DNA from: Octopus sinensis
Taxonomy: Eukaryota
Direction of reading: 5' to 3'
NCBI RefSeq assembly: GCF_006345805.1
Contig: NC_043004.1
Span: 93,930,001 to 93,994,000, forward strand
DNA: 64,000 nt
In this document: one piece after another, positions 38,051 through 51,700 of the stretch
How the letters are laid out: each line of letters begins with the position of its first letter
Numbering within the stretch: position 1 is the first letter of the stretch
The notes under the pieces: generated by a model
The model's database searches: none
What the model saw: only the letters and a program-made list of their open reading frames with translations
What the model was told of the DNA's origin: nothing
Position numbers and translations under genes: made by a program

Positions 38051-38544
38051 CTCCGAAACAGACCAACTAGTTCGTTTCCCTGAAAACCTCTTCGCTCTTA
38101 TCTAAAGCTGAAAATCTCTTCGCTCTTATATAGAGACAAGGACTCTATATGCATAAAGATTTCACCGACTGCATTGCCCGATCAATAGAGAGTTGGTGCA
38201 GACGCTGCGGTCGGTGAAGTTGGTGCGATCGGTGGAACCTCTATGTTTAAAGTATATAGAGATTTAGTGGTGGGTATCTGCGTGCTAGTGTGCATGCATG
38301 TATGTACACTAGCACACACACACATATACAGGTTACACTAGATTCACTTCCACCCTATATGTATGCACATGTACATACGCCATACCCAGACTCAAATTAA
38401 GCGAAATTTGTTAATAACCTACATGTATCGTGCACATATTATACACACATACATGAACGCGTAATGAATATATTTGCACGCGTGTGATTGTATGTGTATA
38501 TGTGTGAGTATGAGTGTGTGTGCATGCGCATGTGTACGTATGAG

Positions 38545-38578
<34 letters not shown>

Positions 38579-38756
38579 GTGTGTGTGTGTGTGTGTGTGT
38601 GTGATCAAAATATCAAAGTTAACAAGTGCAGCAGCAAACGACACTATGGCCAACACAATTAACTGCTGCACAGCAATAACAACAAGAAGCCGCCGGTTGC
38701 AAGTAACAAGAAAAGTAGATTAATTAAAAGCAAGTAATATATAACAGTAATAGAGT

Positions 38757-39137
38757 TGTAAAGTATAGAAGCCATCTTATCATGGCTAACCACATAGGGG
38801 AGGGGGTGTTACTGTAGCTTTATAGCCCCAAGAGATCGTCGTCTCCAGCTGGCTTTAGACACCATATCAGTGCCCTTGAAGTATTTGCAAAGGGAGGCCA
38901 TCCCTTCCTCGCAAGCCTGAGTGATACGCTCGGACTAGTTTCAGGATTTTTGTCCCTTGTCCGAGCGTATCACTCAGGCTTGCGAGGAAGGGATGGCCTC
39001 CCTTTGCAAATACTTCAAGGGCACTGAAATGGTGTCTAAAGCCAGCTGGAGACGACGATCTCTTGGGGCTATAAAGCTACAGTAACACCCCCTCCCCTAT
39101 GTGGTTAGCCATGATAAGATGGCTTCTATACTTTACA
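38757..39137. mobile_element. Near-perfect foldback (179-bp arms, 23-bp spacer), probable MITE with TA TSD
   Basis: 38757-38935 is the reverse complement of 38959-39137 with one mismatch; parses as tgTA[38761-39133]TAca. Confidence 0.85.
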
Positions 39138-39732
39138 TTATCGAGCGATTACTGTTTCAATCTCATTCTGAGATTTAATTATGAGTAATAGAGTTGTTAT
39201 TGTTAAATGTTGTAGACTGTGACGAGGAAGAGGATGGCTGTTCGCTGTGGTGGTGGTAAAATTCCCATTCGTTTGACTGTGTAGTTTTTTTTTTCTTATC
39301 AGACAGACATATTTCTATAATAGACACTAAAATTGTTTTACTGACGTGAGTATGAGAAATGAATTTATGAGAGCAGACTTTCAAAGCTAGCCCCCACCCC
39401 GAGTAATTTAATATAGAAATAAAACAATAAAGAGAGACCGATATAGAAAGAGAAAAAGAGAAAGAAAGAGATTTCAGGTAGAAAGGAAGAGTGAGAAGAA
39501 GTGACACGTGTTTATATAACAATCAGACCTAAATAAAATCTCGTAAAATGGCTGACCTTGAATTTTATTACAAGAAGCTGGGTGTCTAATGAAGTCCTTT
39601 TTTAACTACTTTCCTAATTGTGTCGAAATTGTGAAATGATATTTAGCTTTCCATTTTGTTGCTGTTTAGTTCTATATCAGCTTCAAGCTAACTAAACACA
39701 ACACCAGAAACTTACTTTTTGTAGCCATATAT

Positions 39733-40141
39733 AGGGGTAGGAGTGGCTGTGTGGTAAGTAGCTTGCTTACCAACCACAGGGTTCCAGGTTCAGTCCCACT
39801 GCGTGGCACCTTGGGCAAGTGTCTTCTACTATAGCCTCGGGCCGACCAAAGCCTTGTGAGTGGATTTGGTAGACGACGGAAACCCGTCGTATATATGTAT
39901 ATATGTATGTTTGAGCATATATTTGAGTGCTTGTGTTTGTCCCCCCGCCCAACATCGCTTGACAATCAATGCTGGTGTGTTTACGTCCCCGTAACTTAGC
40001 GGTTCGGCAAAAGAGACCGATAGAATAAATACTGGACTTACAGAGAATAAGTCCTGGGGTCGATTTGCTCGACTAAAGGCGGTGCTCCGGCATGGCCACA
40101 GTCACATGACTGAAACAAGTAAAAGAGTAAAAGAGTAAAGA
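39733..40141 (+). mobile_element. SINE family C, full length
   Basis: Consensus head, core and gtaaaaga tail. Confidence 0.9.
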
Positions 40142-40196
40142 ATATATAACAATTTCATCTGGTTTTATTTTATTGTATGTATTTTTTCCCAGATAT

Positions 40197-40600
40197 AGGC
40201 GCAAGCATGGCTGAATGATTTACGAAGCTTGCTTTCCAACCTCATAGTTCCGGTTTCAGTCCCACTGCGCGGCACCTTGGGCAAATATCCTTTATTATAG
40301 CTGCGGCCAGACAAATGACTTGCGAGTGAATCTAGTAGACAGAAACTGTGTAGAATCCCGTCGTATGAGTGTGTCTTTATGCTTGTTTGTCCCCACCACT
40401 TCTACCACTATACTGCTTGACAACCAGAGTTAACTTTTTTTTACCTCACCGTAACTTAACAGTTGGGCAAAAAAGACCGAGAAATAAGCACAAAGCTTAA
40501 AATAAATAAGTACTGGTGTTGACCTGTTCGACTAAAATCTTTCAAGGTGATATCCCAGCATGGCAGCAGTCTAATGATTGAATCAAGTCAAAGGTAAACG
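40197..40600 (+). mobile_element. SINE family C-related older subfamily copy
   Basis: ggcgcaagcatggctg...cagtcccactgcgcggcaccttgggcaa...cccagcatggcagcagtc. Confidence 0.75.
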
Positions 40601-41099
40601 ACGCAGTGTGTCTTGTAATGCATTTAGTATATCCTTTCTTCGGTATTGTCCTATTCGAGAATAAAATAGCTATAATATCTGTCAGGCTCAGCGAACGCTT
40701 GGATACAGTTTCGTTAACTCTTGTATATAACAGTATAGCCTACGTCAACAATTTTAAACAGTATAGGCTATGTCAATCATTTTTAAATGCACTTGTCATT
40801 TTTACCTAGGAGATGAATTTTTTTTCCTGGTTTTCCGAGAAGAATACATTGGAATTGGTTGTTGTTACTTTCAATTAGGAAAAGCTTATCTCATTAATGG
40901 AAATTATTGATAAACATCGAAAGTGGGCTAATGACGGTGCCTCTTCGCAGTTGCTCGACATGTATGAAATAGCTACAAATCTTCTTCACATCACACCCAT
41001 CCATTCATTCGGCCATCCATTCATCGATCGATCCATCTTTTTTGTTCACTATCCCGTGGTGGATCTTGGTTCCTCAGGGACCTCTTTCATATGGTTCTA

Positions 41100-41460
41100 T
41101 CAGAAGCAACCGTCATTAAGCGTGACCAACTGAGACAATGGATTTTATTATGCCATCTCATTCCTGGTCCACCCTAGGTTTCCTGTCGGTTGGCTCGGTT
41201 TGAAGAATCCATCTTGCGATACTTTCCTGCTCCGTTCTTATCACATCTCCGTAGTACCAGGGCTGTGACCTCTCAATGCGCAGACGTAGCGGCTCCACCT
41301 GGAGAGACTTTCTGATCGCCGAGCATCGAATAACATTGCTCCAGATATCCTTTGGAGGACTCCATTTCGACCACTTGTATTCGCGATCGTAATCCTTCTG
41401 TCATTAACCAGCATTCATGACCATAGTTGAGGATAGGTACCAAAACCGAATTGAAGATAG
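41100..41460 (-). mobile_element. RTE-clade LINE 3' coding fragment
   Basis: Translates ...LQRISGAMLFD...ESLQVEPLRLRIERSQPWYYGDVIRTEQESIARWILQTEPTDRKPR, an RTE-type C-terminus. Confidence 0.75.
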
Positions 41461-42460
41461 CGAAATTAGGCTTAAAATTTTTTTTTGCTATTTAATTTTT
41501 TATTTTTTACTAAAATTAAAGATATAGAGTTTCACCTTTTTACTAACATCCCACCATTGGATAATGTGGTTATGATGCACGATGCCTGAAAAGAAAAAAA
41601 AAAACTGGTTGAACACGTTCGGAACGCCTTTATTATAGGTCTTCTCACTTAAAAAAAATATAAAACATTTATTAATTAACTACACGTTAATAATACGTTT
41701 AGAGTGATCTTTATTTTGTTGTCTCCTAGTCCAGTAGTTGAAAAATGGCTCATTGTCGTTGATGATGAACAGATATTGCAAGTGTTTAACACCCAGGTTA
41801 GTCTTATAATCAATGGTTTTTCGGTCGAGACCCTCTCGCCTTTTTCCACGGCAGTACATCAATGACCACATTATCAACTTGTCATTGCCCTCAACCAGAC
41901 TGTAGAGATCGGGTTGCTATTTCTAGCAGGTTGGGCGACCAAACTGAGGCAGCTGGTTGATTTTGTTGTTACTATTGTAGTTTAACTCTTGTCAGACTTC
42001 AATGAGCTAGCCCATGATCCAAGATATTCCAACCGTGACCACGTTTTCCTTCTGCAGGCAGTGGAACCATATTATCAATGCGTCCTTACATCATTTCAGA
42101 TGACAGAGTATAATTTAAGGAAGATTTGACTTCAGTTTCTAGTGGTCCACATAAAGGCTCCTCTTGCATAGTGTTAATAGAGGCGCTGGTTGTGTATCGT
42201 GGAGATGGTGGCGATGTGTAATAGTGATGTGTGGTGATAGTGTTTATTGTTGAGTAGTGGCGGTGGTGGTGGTGATGGTTGTAATGTTTGTTGTTATGGG
42301 TGGTGTTTGTTGAGGTGGTGGTGTTTGTTGTTGTGGTGATGTGTACTGGTAATGTAAAATAGTGGTGGGGGTGCTAGTGGGGTTTGTGGTGGTGGAATTT
42401 GCGGTAATGGAATTTGTAGTGGTGGGGTACTGTAATGGCAGTGAGAGAGTATGTGTACCT

Positions 42461-42463
<3 letters not shown>

Positions 42464-42500
<37 letters not shown>

Positions 42501-42534
42501 GTGTGTGTGTGTGCGAGAGTGTGTGTGTGTGTGA

Positions 42535-42580
<46 letters not shown>
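42464..42580. repeat. (GA)n/(GT)n compound microsatellite
   Basis: Direct reading. Confidence 0.95.
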
Positions 42581-42583
<3 letters not shown>

Positions 42584-43224
42584 TCTGTGGTATCTTTGGA
42601 CACATGCTAGCGAATGAAGAAGAAAATGAAGGAAAAATATGAGTTTAGAGATGAAGGGAGAGATGGTGAGGGCCGGTAGGAAGTTTTGTGAGTGGTGTAT
42701 GAGATGAAAGTAGGAGGAGGAAGGCAGAGAGAATATGAATATAAAGAATTTCAAAAAACAAGTAAAAATTTTAAATACCTTTTTTATAGTCAGTTTTCAT
42801 TTAATATGATGAGTTCAAAACGTTTTTTTTTTTAGCACAAAGACACATTTAGGGAAGTATAATCTATTATATCGATCATTGAACTTGATTGAACTTAATT
42901 GGCTCCGGAAGGAGGAAAAACAAATCGAATGTTTGCGGCATTTGAAGTTAGAACGGAAAGGACGTAACTAAATACCACATGGTATATTTCCGATTTTATA
43001 CGGTGTGAGTCAGTAAACTCATCGTTTTCTCGTTTTCTTTAATAGGCATGTGAACATGTGATGTCGAAATGTGGCATTATCTACATCCCCTGCCACATTC
43101 ATGAACTCGCGTGCAAACGCTTTCACCGTTGCGCGTCATTAGTTACGAGGTAAACAAAACTGTCACGTGACCACTGACATAATCGTACCTGAAGACTAAT
43201 GTTCATAGAAATGGTATTTTTTAA

Positions 43225-43453
43225 AAGCGGCGAGCTGGCAGAAACGTTAGCACACCGGGCGAAATGCTTAGCGGTATTTCGTCTGTGTTACGTTGTGAGT
43301 TCAAATTCCGCCGAGGTCGACTTTGCCTCTCATCCTTTCGGGGTCGATAAATTAAGTACCAGTTACGCACTGGGGTCCATGTAATCGACTTAATACCTAT
43401 GTCTGTCCTTGTTTGTCCCCTCTGTGTTTAGCCCCTTGTGTAATAAAGAAATA
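43225..43453 (+). mobile_element. SINE family A, near full length
   Basis: gcggcgagctggcagaaacg...aataaagaaata; approximate TSD ggtattttt(t)aa. Confidence 0.9.
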
Positions 43454-43609
43454 GGTATTTTTAAAAAAACTATCTTACTGGTTTCATCCAATGAACTGTG
43501 ACTATGCTGGGATATAATCGACTGTATTGAAATTAAGTCGATTATATCGATCCAAGTAATAGACTCGGGCTTTATTTTATCGAATGAAAGACAAAGTGAA
43601 CTCCAGCTT

Positions 43610-43745
43610 CCTGTCCGTGACGAAAATCGTAGACAAACACGTGATCACAAATTTCACTACTTGCGAAGTAAACACAGCGATGTCACTCGGCACACTGCTT
43701 CATGAAGGTCCTTGCTAGCTCTCACCGCGCACCCAACCGTTCAAA
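43610..43745 (-). mobile_element. Mariner 5' subterminal fragment
   Basis: Matches 48095-48220 (gaagtaaacacagcgatgtcactcggcac). Confidence 0.65.
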
Positions 43746-43899
43746 TCTAACTGGACAGAGTAAACCCCAGCTAGATTTGAACTTAAAAAGTTAATTATAA
43801 AAAAAATTTCTTGGGATCTTAGGACTCAAAAGAGCTGATTACCAGGTTTCCATGGCGAATAAGTGACTAAATTCAAATATTCTTCCTGAATATGATGCC

Positions 43900-44110
43900 G
43901 ATCCATGGCAGGGTACAAAGCCCGCAATTTAGGAGAGAGGGAACTAGTCGACTATATTGACCCTGTACTTGGCTGGAATTATATTGACCCCGCAAAGGAT
44001 GAAAGGCAAAGCTAACTTCAGCCGGAAATGAACTCAGAACGTAAAGAGCCGGAAGAAATTCCGCTACGCATTTTGTCCGACAAGCCAACAATTTTACCAG
44101 CTTACTGACT
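43900..44110 (-). mobile_element. SINE A/B degenerate copy
   Basis: aaggatgaaaggcaaagc...aactcagaacgtaaagagcc. Confidence 0.7.
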
Positions 44111-44331
44111 TAAAAGAAGTAACTGGACGTAATCAAATAACACGTTGAATGCCACTGTTACTGATTGATTGTACCGGTACATGACTTCGCAGATTTAAAT
44201 AACAACGTATTAATCCGCGTTTTAATTTGAACGTTTTTAATTTGACAAAATGAATAACAGCTCTGTGGTTTTGACTGAGTATCGGAGTTTTAGTTAATGT
44301 ATCAGCGACTAGTATCTAGTAACTAGCGCCG

Positions 44332-44502
44332 TAGTTCACTGTGTGTATGACAAAGGCATTATTTTGTTTTGGTTTAGTGGGGTTTTTGGCTCTTCGAAAA
44401 TGGTGAGTGTTCAAGCAAATCTGATCCTCAAATCAGGTCTGGCTCAAATACTCTGCGATGGAGTGTAATCTGTTGAATGTATTTAAGGGCTAAGTAGTGA
44501 TG
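44332..44502. repeat. 171-bp dispersed repeat, copy 2
   Basis: See 36647-36817. Confidence 0.85.
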
Positions 44503-44791
44503 ATAAACTGGGTGACGGATTAAGACTACCATCTAACAGGAACCGCCCCTCGTAAAGGTTCCAGGAAAGTTTCTGTCTCCAAACTTTCACTCATATGATT
44601 TTTGTCAACCCGAGGTTATGGTTGCCTTATGTGTCGCGAAGTAGCATCGAACTCGAAACCTAGTGGTTACAAAGCAAACGTATTAACCACACGTCTTAAC
44701 CGTGTTCCAGCTCTCTCAGATGTTATGTACATATCATCGATATTTCCATTTCACTGGATAATAAACCTAGCACTTTATTAAATTATGAAAG

Positions 44792-45000
44792 AGCGTGACC
44801 TAGTGGTCAAAGTGTTGCACTGATGATCGCAAGATCATGGTTTCGACTCCCGGTCCCAGGTAGAATGTTGTTCCAATCCACCCAACTGTAAATGTGTTCC
44901 AGAAATATCTGGGAAGTCAAACGTATGACAGACTGGCGTCCCGTTCAGGGTGAGTGTTGTAATCTCAATCACACGCCATAGAAACCAGAGTCCTAAGACA
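44792..45000 (+). mobile_element. Degenerate tRNA-derived SINE with a V-domain-like motif
   Basis: tgacctagtggtc A-box, ggtttcgactcc B-box, gactggcgtcccgttcagggt. Confidence 0.5.
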
Positions 45001-45764
45001 TATGAGAGACCTAGGTCTAAGTCTTCATTAACTCACTCTAGGAGTACATCACACAATGTATTTTTCTGTTCACGGGATGGTGATTCTAGCAAGCCAAACA
45101 GTTATGTTGTCTCTTTTGCTCAAAAAATTGGAAATGGATTTAGAATTTGTAAAGTTTTTATTTAGCTCCATTCATCTTTGATTCAACAGATCTATGCGAT
45201 AAATATTACAGCCATATCCAATCTTTTACACAAATAAAATGTGTCTAGGGCAGCATTGTACAGTAAGTCCTTCCCACTGAAACTACAATGCAGGGAAATT
45301 TGAAAGATTTTACTGTTATTTCTAGCAGGTTTATTGACCAGGTGGAAAGACTGCTCCTCTCATGCATTTGTAAGATGGTTAAAGTGTGAAGAAGCTTATT
45401 AAAGTAAGTATTTAAACTATTTATTAAACAATATGCCGAGTATGTATGGCAATAGTGTATTCTTATTGTTTTTTCATAAATACCAAAGTTCGAGATTAGT
45501 AACAAGCTAATTACTCACATGATTGTTGATTTCTTAATTAAGGCCACGCAATTAACGACATAAACAGATATTTACTACTCAGATAGTCGAGTGAATATAG
45601 AACAGAACGACCGGATTCAATCGAAAGCAAAACGGCTGAAAAAGCGGCTGTTCGATTCTTAGCATCGTTACTGCGATGTTGCCATAGCTCTGACAGTTGT
45701 CAACGACTGCAAGGTTCATCAAATGGGTTCCATATTATGGTATCATTCACAGCACTAAGCAGGC

Positions 45765-46118
45765 ACTGATACTTGAATTTCGGAGTTGAGCTGAATTTGA
45801 ATACCAGAACTTAAAACTGATACTTGAATTTCGGAGTTGAGCTGAATTTGAATACCAGAACTTAAAACTGATACTTGAATTTCAGAGTTGAGCTGAATTT
45901 GAATACCAGAACTTAAAACTGAGACTTGAATTTCGGAGTTGAGCTGAATTTGAATACCAGAACTTAAAACTGATACTTGAATTTCGGAGTTGAGCTGAAT
46001 TTGAATACCAGAACTTAAAACTGATACTTGAATTTCGGAGTTGAGCTGAATTTGAATACCAGAACTTAAAACTGATACTTGAATTTCAGAGCTGAGCTGA
46101 ATTTGAATACCAGAACTT
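45765..46118. repeat. 51-bp minisatellite, 7 copies
   Basis: Unit actgatacttgaatttcggagttgagctgaatttgaataccagaacttaaa starting at 45765, 45816, 45867, 45918, 45969, 46020 and 46071. Confidence 0.95.
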
Positions 46119-47456
46119 TAGTACTGAGCAAGAAATGATCAATGGCCAGCTACCCAGCCATCACACAGGCAACAATGTATTTCATACGAGCCTCTCTCTA
46201 CTGGGTCTTTCTACTAATTCCGTATTTATTTTAGCCTTTATAATAAAAGCTAAAGAATTTCAATTTGAATTTCATTTTCAGTCACTTTTTAGTACATTCC
46301 CACGTAAATCCGTCTTAACTAAATCTTATCCCCGTTGAGTTTTTTTTTCTTTTTCTTCGGGATGAAGCATTCAGCTTTGTCGTATCACCAGATGACAAGT
46401 ACAGATCACAGACTTGTGATCTATGTGGTCATCTACCTGAAACTGGACATCTTATGCTGCCCCTGTCTACTAACCTACTTAAATCTCTTTCTAAATACAA
46501 CCTGGATGACCGACTTCAATTTCACCAAATCTAGATTAACACATTCAAAAACATCTACTAAGACTTCTTATATGCTATTCTGACACAATCTTAGACTGCG
46601 CTTAAAATGCCATTTTACTTTCTCATTGATAAGCGTAATGCCAGAAGGAATCTTATCTGAAGAACTATGTCTGTGGGATTACTGTCGAGGGCATAAACAG
46701 CCTGCTTTTCTTAATTCTCTTAATTGCTCAGTCAGGAAATGAACAGCATCCGTATCTCTTTTTCAGGTGTCTTTAACTATGGACTCCCACGGTGCTTTGT
46801 GAAGAAGTTCCCAATGTGGTTCATAAAGGGGACTCAACTCAATCGGTAAAACATTAAATTATTGTTGTTACTGTTATTCTGGGTTAGTCGACGTTTCTCT
46901 TCTTGACTGGAGCGCGTCTTCAAACCTCTCCCTCAATCAGCCAAAATCTCCCGTGATTTAGTCTCCTGCTCTTTGCCCTAACATCATTGAAGACCTTTTA
47001 GTTCGGTTGTGTTTGTATATTTTGTGGTCGCAATTGTTTGCGTTCGTTGTGGTTGTGACTACTATTGTTGCTGTTGTTGCTCATATTCTTTAGGCTTTTG
47101 AATTTGTGGCTAATTTGGCCAATTTTCTACTCGGTTTTTATTCTTAGTGTCGTAGTTATATGTGATCCTCTCAGGTTTGGGAGGAAAGGGAGTTAAATAG
47201 CTTTTCGTCGAATAGATAGGAAAAAGAAACAACTTAAATTTCATCTCCATCACAGTCAAACATTAATGTTTATATAATAATAGTCTGGCAGTTTTGAAGA
47301 AATCTGGTGTTGACGACTCCTCAACTTTTAAGGCCGTTTTAGATCTGCTCTTCCAGAATTTCACATTCAATACATTATTACCCCGCTATTCTGTGTATAC
47401 GACCGCGTATGAACATCCCTTGCTTTCATACACTCTATCGCTTTCTTACGATAGTA

Positions 47457-48278
47457 CGAGGTGGTATCAAAGAGTTCCCAGATTAGTTATGTTTAATAAA
47501 AAGAAAAGCTTATTTACCTAAGTTTTAACATCAAAATAGTCACCTTGCACAACAATACACTGGTCCTAGCGTTCCTGCCGCTTTTGGGATCCGGCCTGGA
47601 AGTCGTTTTCCGTAAGCGAGTCGAGGACCTTCTGCGATTCAACGGTGTTAAAACGGCAACCTTTGAACTGCATTTTCATTTTAGGGAAGAGGTGGAAGTC
47701 TGCAGGTGCTAAATCTGGCGAATAGAGCAAGAAACTAAGATTCGGGAGGGCTTGGTGACAGGAAGCATTGTCATCGTGAAGAATCCAGACTTTAGGATTG
47801 TCTTCACAGACCCATACTACAGACCAACAACATCAGCAATGTCGTTGATTGTTCTCCGACGACTCTCATGCCCCAGCTGATGAATTTTCTCCACATTTGC
47901 GTGGGGACGCTCGTGGCAGGTCATCCAGATCGCTCATCGTCTTCCAGGGACGTTCTTCCACTTTTGAAGCGCTGGAAAGATTGCGTACGACCCCATTGCC
48001 TTACTGCTGTAAGCTTTCCAAAGCAGACTTCTCAAGTTTAATGCAAAATTTCACATTGACGCTTTGTTCTTAATTCCTGCCCATGGCAAAATCGCAGACT
48101 GCAACATACACGTGATCGCAAAAACACAAATTTCACAACTTTTGAAGTAAACACAGCGATGTCACTCGGCACTCTGCCTCGTGAAGATCACTGCTAGCTC
48201 TCACTACACACACAACCGTCTACTGCCATCTGCTGGCGCGCTACAGAACTAGTTCGGCAACGTTTTGATACCACTTCG
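47457..48278 (-). mobile_element. Internally deleted mariner DNA transposon
   Basis: TA TSD (47455-47456, 48279-48280); imperfect TIRs cgaggtggtatcaaa.../...ttttgataccacttcg; remnants EQSVNVKFCIKLEKSA and YSPDLAPADFHLFPKMK. Confidence 0.85.
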
Positions 48279-50729
48279 TAAATCACTTCGATATACTCCA
48301 TCTTTCCATCTATCTTTCTCGGATTTAAATCGAATATTTAGTTTTTCAAATTTAGTCCTTTTCATGTGTAACAAATTGAGGCCTGAATATCGATTAAACT
48401 TGAGTCCATTTCCGCTGTTGCAGGTAGATATGATCTATTGCTTGAATCGAATCTCCGACTTGATTCAAGAATAAATTATAAGACATCGTGATTTCTGTTT
48501 CTTTTCTCGGTGAGCTATAGGAGTTTCACCCACCACCTTCCATTTCTAGACACGAACAAACATTGTGTGTATTTCCTCATGTGGTGTATATCAAAGTGAT
48601 TTTCAACAGTTGATTGCAATAACTAAGTTTAATGCTTCCATGCCTATTCAGTCGGTGTTTGTACGACTGCTGCTGCTGCTACTATTATACCTCAACAGTA
48701 TCTGACAGTATAAGTACAATCACTGTCGCAAACTTCAACGCTTTTCATTAATACAGTACTATTTTAACTGCGAAATTAAACAAATTTCTTGATCATGCCA
48801 GTAATTATGCTACGTCTGCCAAATAATAGAATTGGTAGTTTTTGCAAGTCACGGTGCTTCAATAAATTTGACATATCTGTACAAACTTAGCTTCAAACAT
48901 GACATTCCTTCACAAAAATTTAACTGGTATATAAAACTGCTTTCTGCAGTTAAGGGTAACGAAATTTTGAGTGGATATATGTGATTTCTTCAATGAAAAG
49001 AGCTAGATTCCAAATGTGGCATTGTCATCTACATTGTTCTTGTTGCTTTGTCCAAAGTAAGCTCTAATCGAAGGAGTTTCAATCTTGACCATCCAACCTT
49101 TTATTTCTATTTCAGGGACTACATTATCTAATCTATCATTCTTCATTTTCGAAGAAAAGCGTAATTGAGGCAAGTTCTACGATTTCTAACAGGTCAAACG
49201 TTAACGCCACCACCACCACCACCACCACCACCACTACTACTACCGCTACTGCTGCCGCTGAAACGAGGTTATAAGGCAGAATCGATAATTGTGTAACCAT
49301 GTTTGCTGAACTGCAACCCTCAACGGGGGATCCTGTGGAGTTGATGATACATTTTCCTTACAAATGACATTAGTTGACAACTTATACTGCTCCCGGAATC
49401 TCTTAATCGATTCTCCCTTTGACAGTTTCCCACTTAAAGAGGTGACACAGACGAAGATCATCTTTTATATTCCGCAGGACCAAAGGAATGGTCTATCGAT
49501 TGCATTTCATTTTGAACGAAGTATCAATAGGCAGTTTTGATAATCCGCGCTGTCTTTGTTGGCATGATGATCCGAGCGGATCTACAATATATTGTTCTCT
49601 GTGCATAAGCTTCAAGATCTGACCAAATTACATTTAATAGATTGTCTGGTTATAGGCTGCTTAATGCGGAGTATTACACCCAAAAGCTTTTTTCAAAGTT
49701 ATCTTCAATGTCCTGAAATAGAAACAGTGGTTTTCCAGAGACAGAAGTAATGTGTTTCTACAACTTTTATAGTTTTTCTTTTCTCGAGGCAAATCAAAAT
49801 CAATTTCTACGGAGGAATAAAAATACAAAGTTACCAAAGGCGAGAGAATAAGGTTATATAATCCCCATCTATTTCACATGCGCATTAGTTTCAAACGGGA
49901 ATCGAACTTAGCCTGCAGAATTCGCAGGTCAGAAGATTGTTGTTGCTCTTTTCTGATTCATCAACATCATTATATTATGTTGGTTTTCCCATTCTTGCAT
50001 GGTTTGGCTTGGTTTTCGCCAGTACAGTGTTTCACCATTTGCGGCGGGTTTTTTTTCTCTTTTTTAGCTCCTTTGGGAAGATCAGAATCTTGCGATCAGC
50101 AAATTCCTTCTATTTGGTCTTATTATGCACTCTTGTACTGAACTATCATTTTCCATCGGCATCACATGTGCATATCAGCACAGTTGCTTGCACACACCAT
50201 TTGATCCCACTATTATATTTTGCCAACTGTATTTCATGCATGCTAGCACGACACACCCAGCGGAACAATCTCACTTTTGCTTAAATTCAGTCTTCGCACA
50301 TTCTTTGCATCCAATGCCAAGAGGTATGGGCACAGAAAGCAGCATCCATAACTTACTTTTATGTCATATCATACTTCGTAGGCAAGTATCATAAAATTTT
50401 ACCCTTCACTCGGTCTTACAAGGGCAATGCTACCCTGAAAATGTTGGTTCTCCTTTTTATTTTGGTTATTATGTTTTTACAGCACCCATCTCTACTGCTA
50501 ATTAACTCGGTGCCAGTAGATGTCAGTTGTTGCTTCTAGCGAGCAGGATGGGGTTTTTTTTTTCTTTTAACCTGCCTGTGTCTACCTCCATTTCTCATGA
50601 AACCCTTAATTTACATACTGTACGCAATGTAGAATTCCTTACCTGTTTCTTTTCTGCACAACTAGTTTGGCCACGTTCCTTCCAAATGACACCAGGTCTG
50701 TATACTGAATTTTTCTAGTTTTACTTATA

Positions 50730-51700
50730 TAACTTGATTCTAAGCTCTAGTTCCACGTTTGGAAATTTTCCCCCATTTCTTCCACAGACTTGGCTATGAG
50801 AAGTAGGTCGTCAGTATATAAGAATTCATAGTTAGCCAGTGAAGAAAACCATGCATTGTCCTGACAAACATTCCAAGTGCATCAAATCTAAGCTAATTTT
50901 TTCTCAAGATGTACCATAATTCTTGTCAACTTCGCAATTTGATATTGCTTTTGTTATTCCTTTCTATGGCATCTCCATTGCCTCTGTAGCACGTAATCAC
51001 GTTTGCTGCTAGCATCTATACAAGTAATTGACATGTTTCAATTCGACGGATACTGCCTTGGTTCTTTCAGCTGTGTCGTCATCAACCCCAGTAGCCGTAA
51101 CGTCTGCTGAGTCAATGAATTCCTCTCATTCAGTAAGATCTTGTAGCAGCATTTCCTTACCTCTTCCTTATTGGCGTCAATGATGGCGAATGCGTCCTCT
51201 TCACTACGTATACACTTTTCTCCAACAAAGCACTGCTCAATAATCCAGAACACCCCATAGCGAAAGACGATGGGGGAACCTCTTGCTTTCAGCTTCTCTC
51301 CTAGCTCAGTGTATCTGACGTGCAATCTAACTACTTGGAATTCTTTATTGTCCTACACTATCTTTACTCCATCCTTACCGTTTGACTACATCATCCTCCG
51401 CTTAATTGCAGCTTTGCTCCATCAAGATATGGCAGTGCGATTCACAGTAGGTTTATTTCTTAGAAACTGCCAATTTGTCTATCTCGTCCACCTTCACTTC
51501 CTTAGTATTTCTTTAAATTTAGACTTGGTATATACCTTTCTTCTCCATTTTTCTTCTATCACAGAGTCCCTCCATAGCATGAGGTCGCTGATAACTAGCC
51601 TATGTTGAGAGGTAATTTCTTTACCAAAGAAAGACTTGTCTGTCCTATTTTCCTGTTTGTCGAAGAGTAACCACTATTTTCTTTTGTCTAGACACAGGAT
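50730..51700 (-). mobile_element. RTE-like LINE relic (APE end plus RT core, heavily deleted)
   Basis: QHRLVISDLML (APE C-terminus, about 51570-51610) and LYTDDLLLIAKSVEEM (RT YADD motif, about 50780-50830). Confidence 0.7.

Noticed and set aside
45765-46118. Possible CRISPR-like array or coding repeat (minus frame LSSGIQIQLNSEIQVSV x7 is open)
   Set aside because: Units are contiguous with no unique spacers; there is no start codon or splice context; eukaryotic setting.
48600-50400. Possible old DNA-transposon-derived sequence
   Set aside because: No ends or catalytic motifs recognisable, and no second copy in the window.
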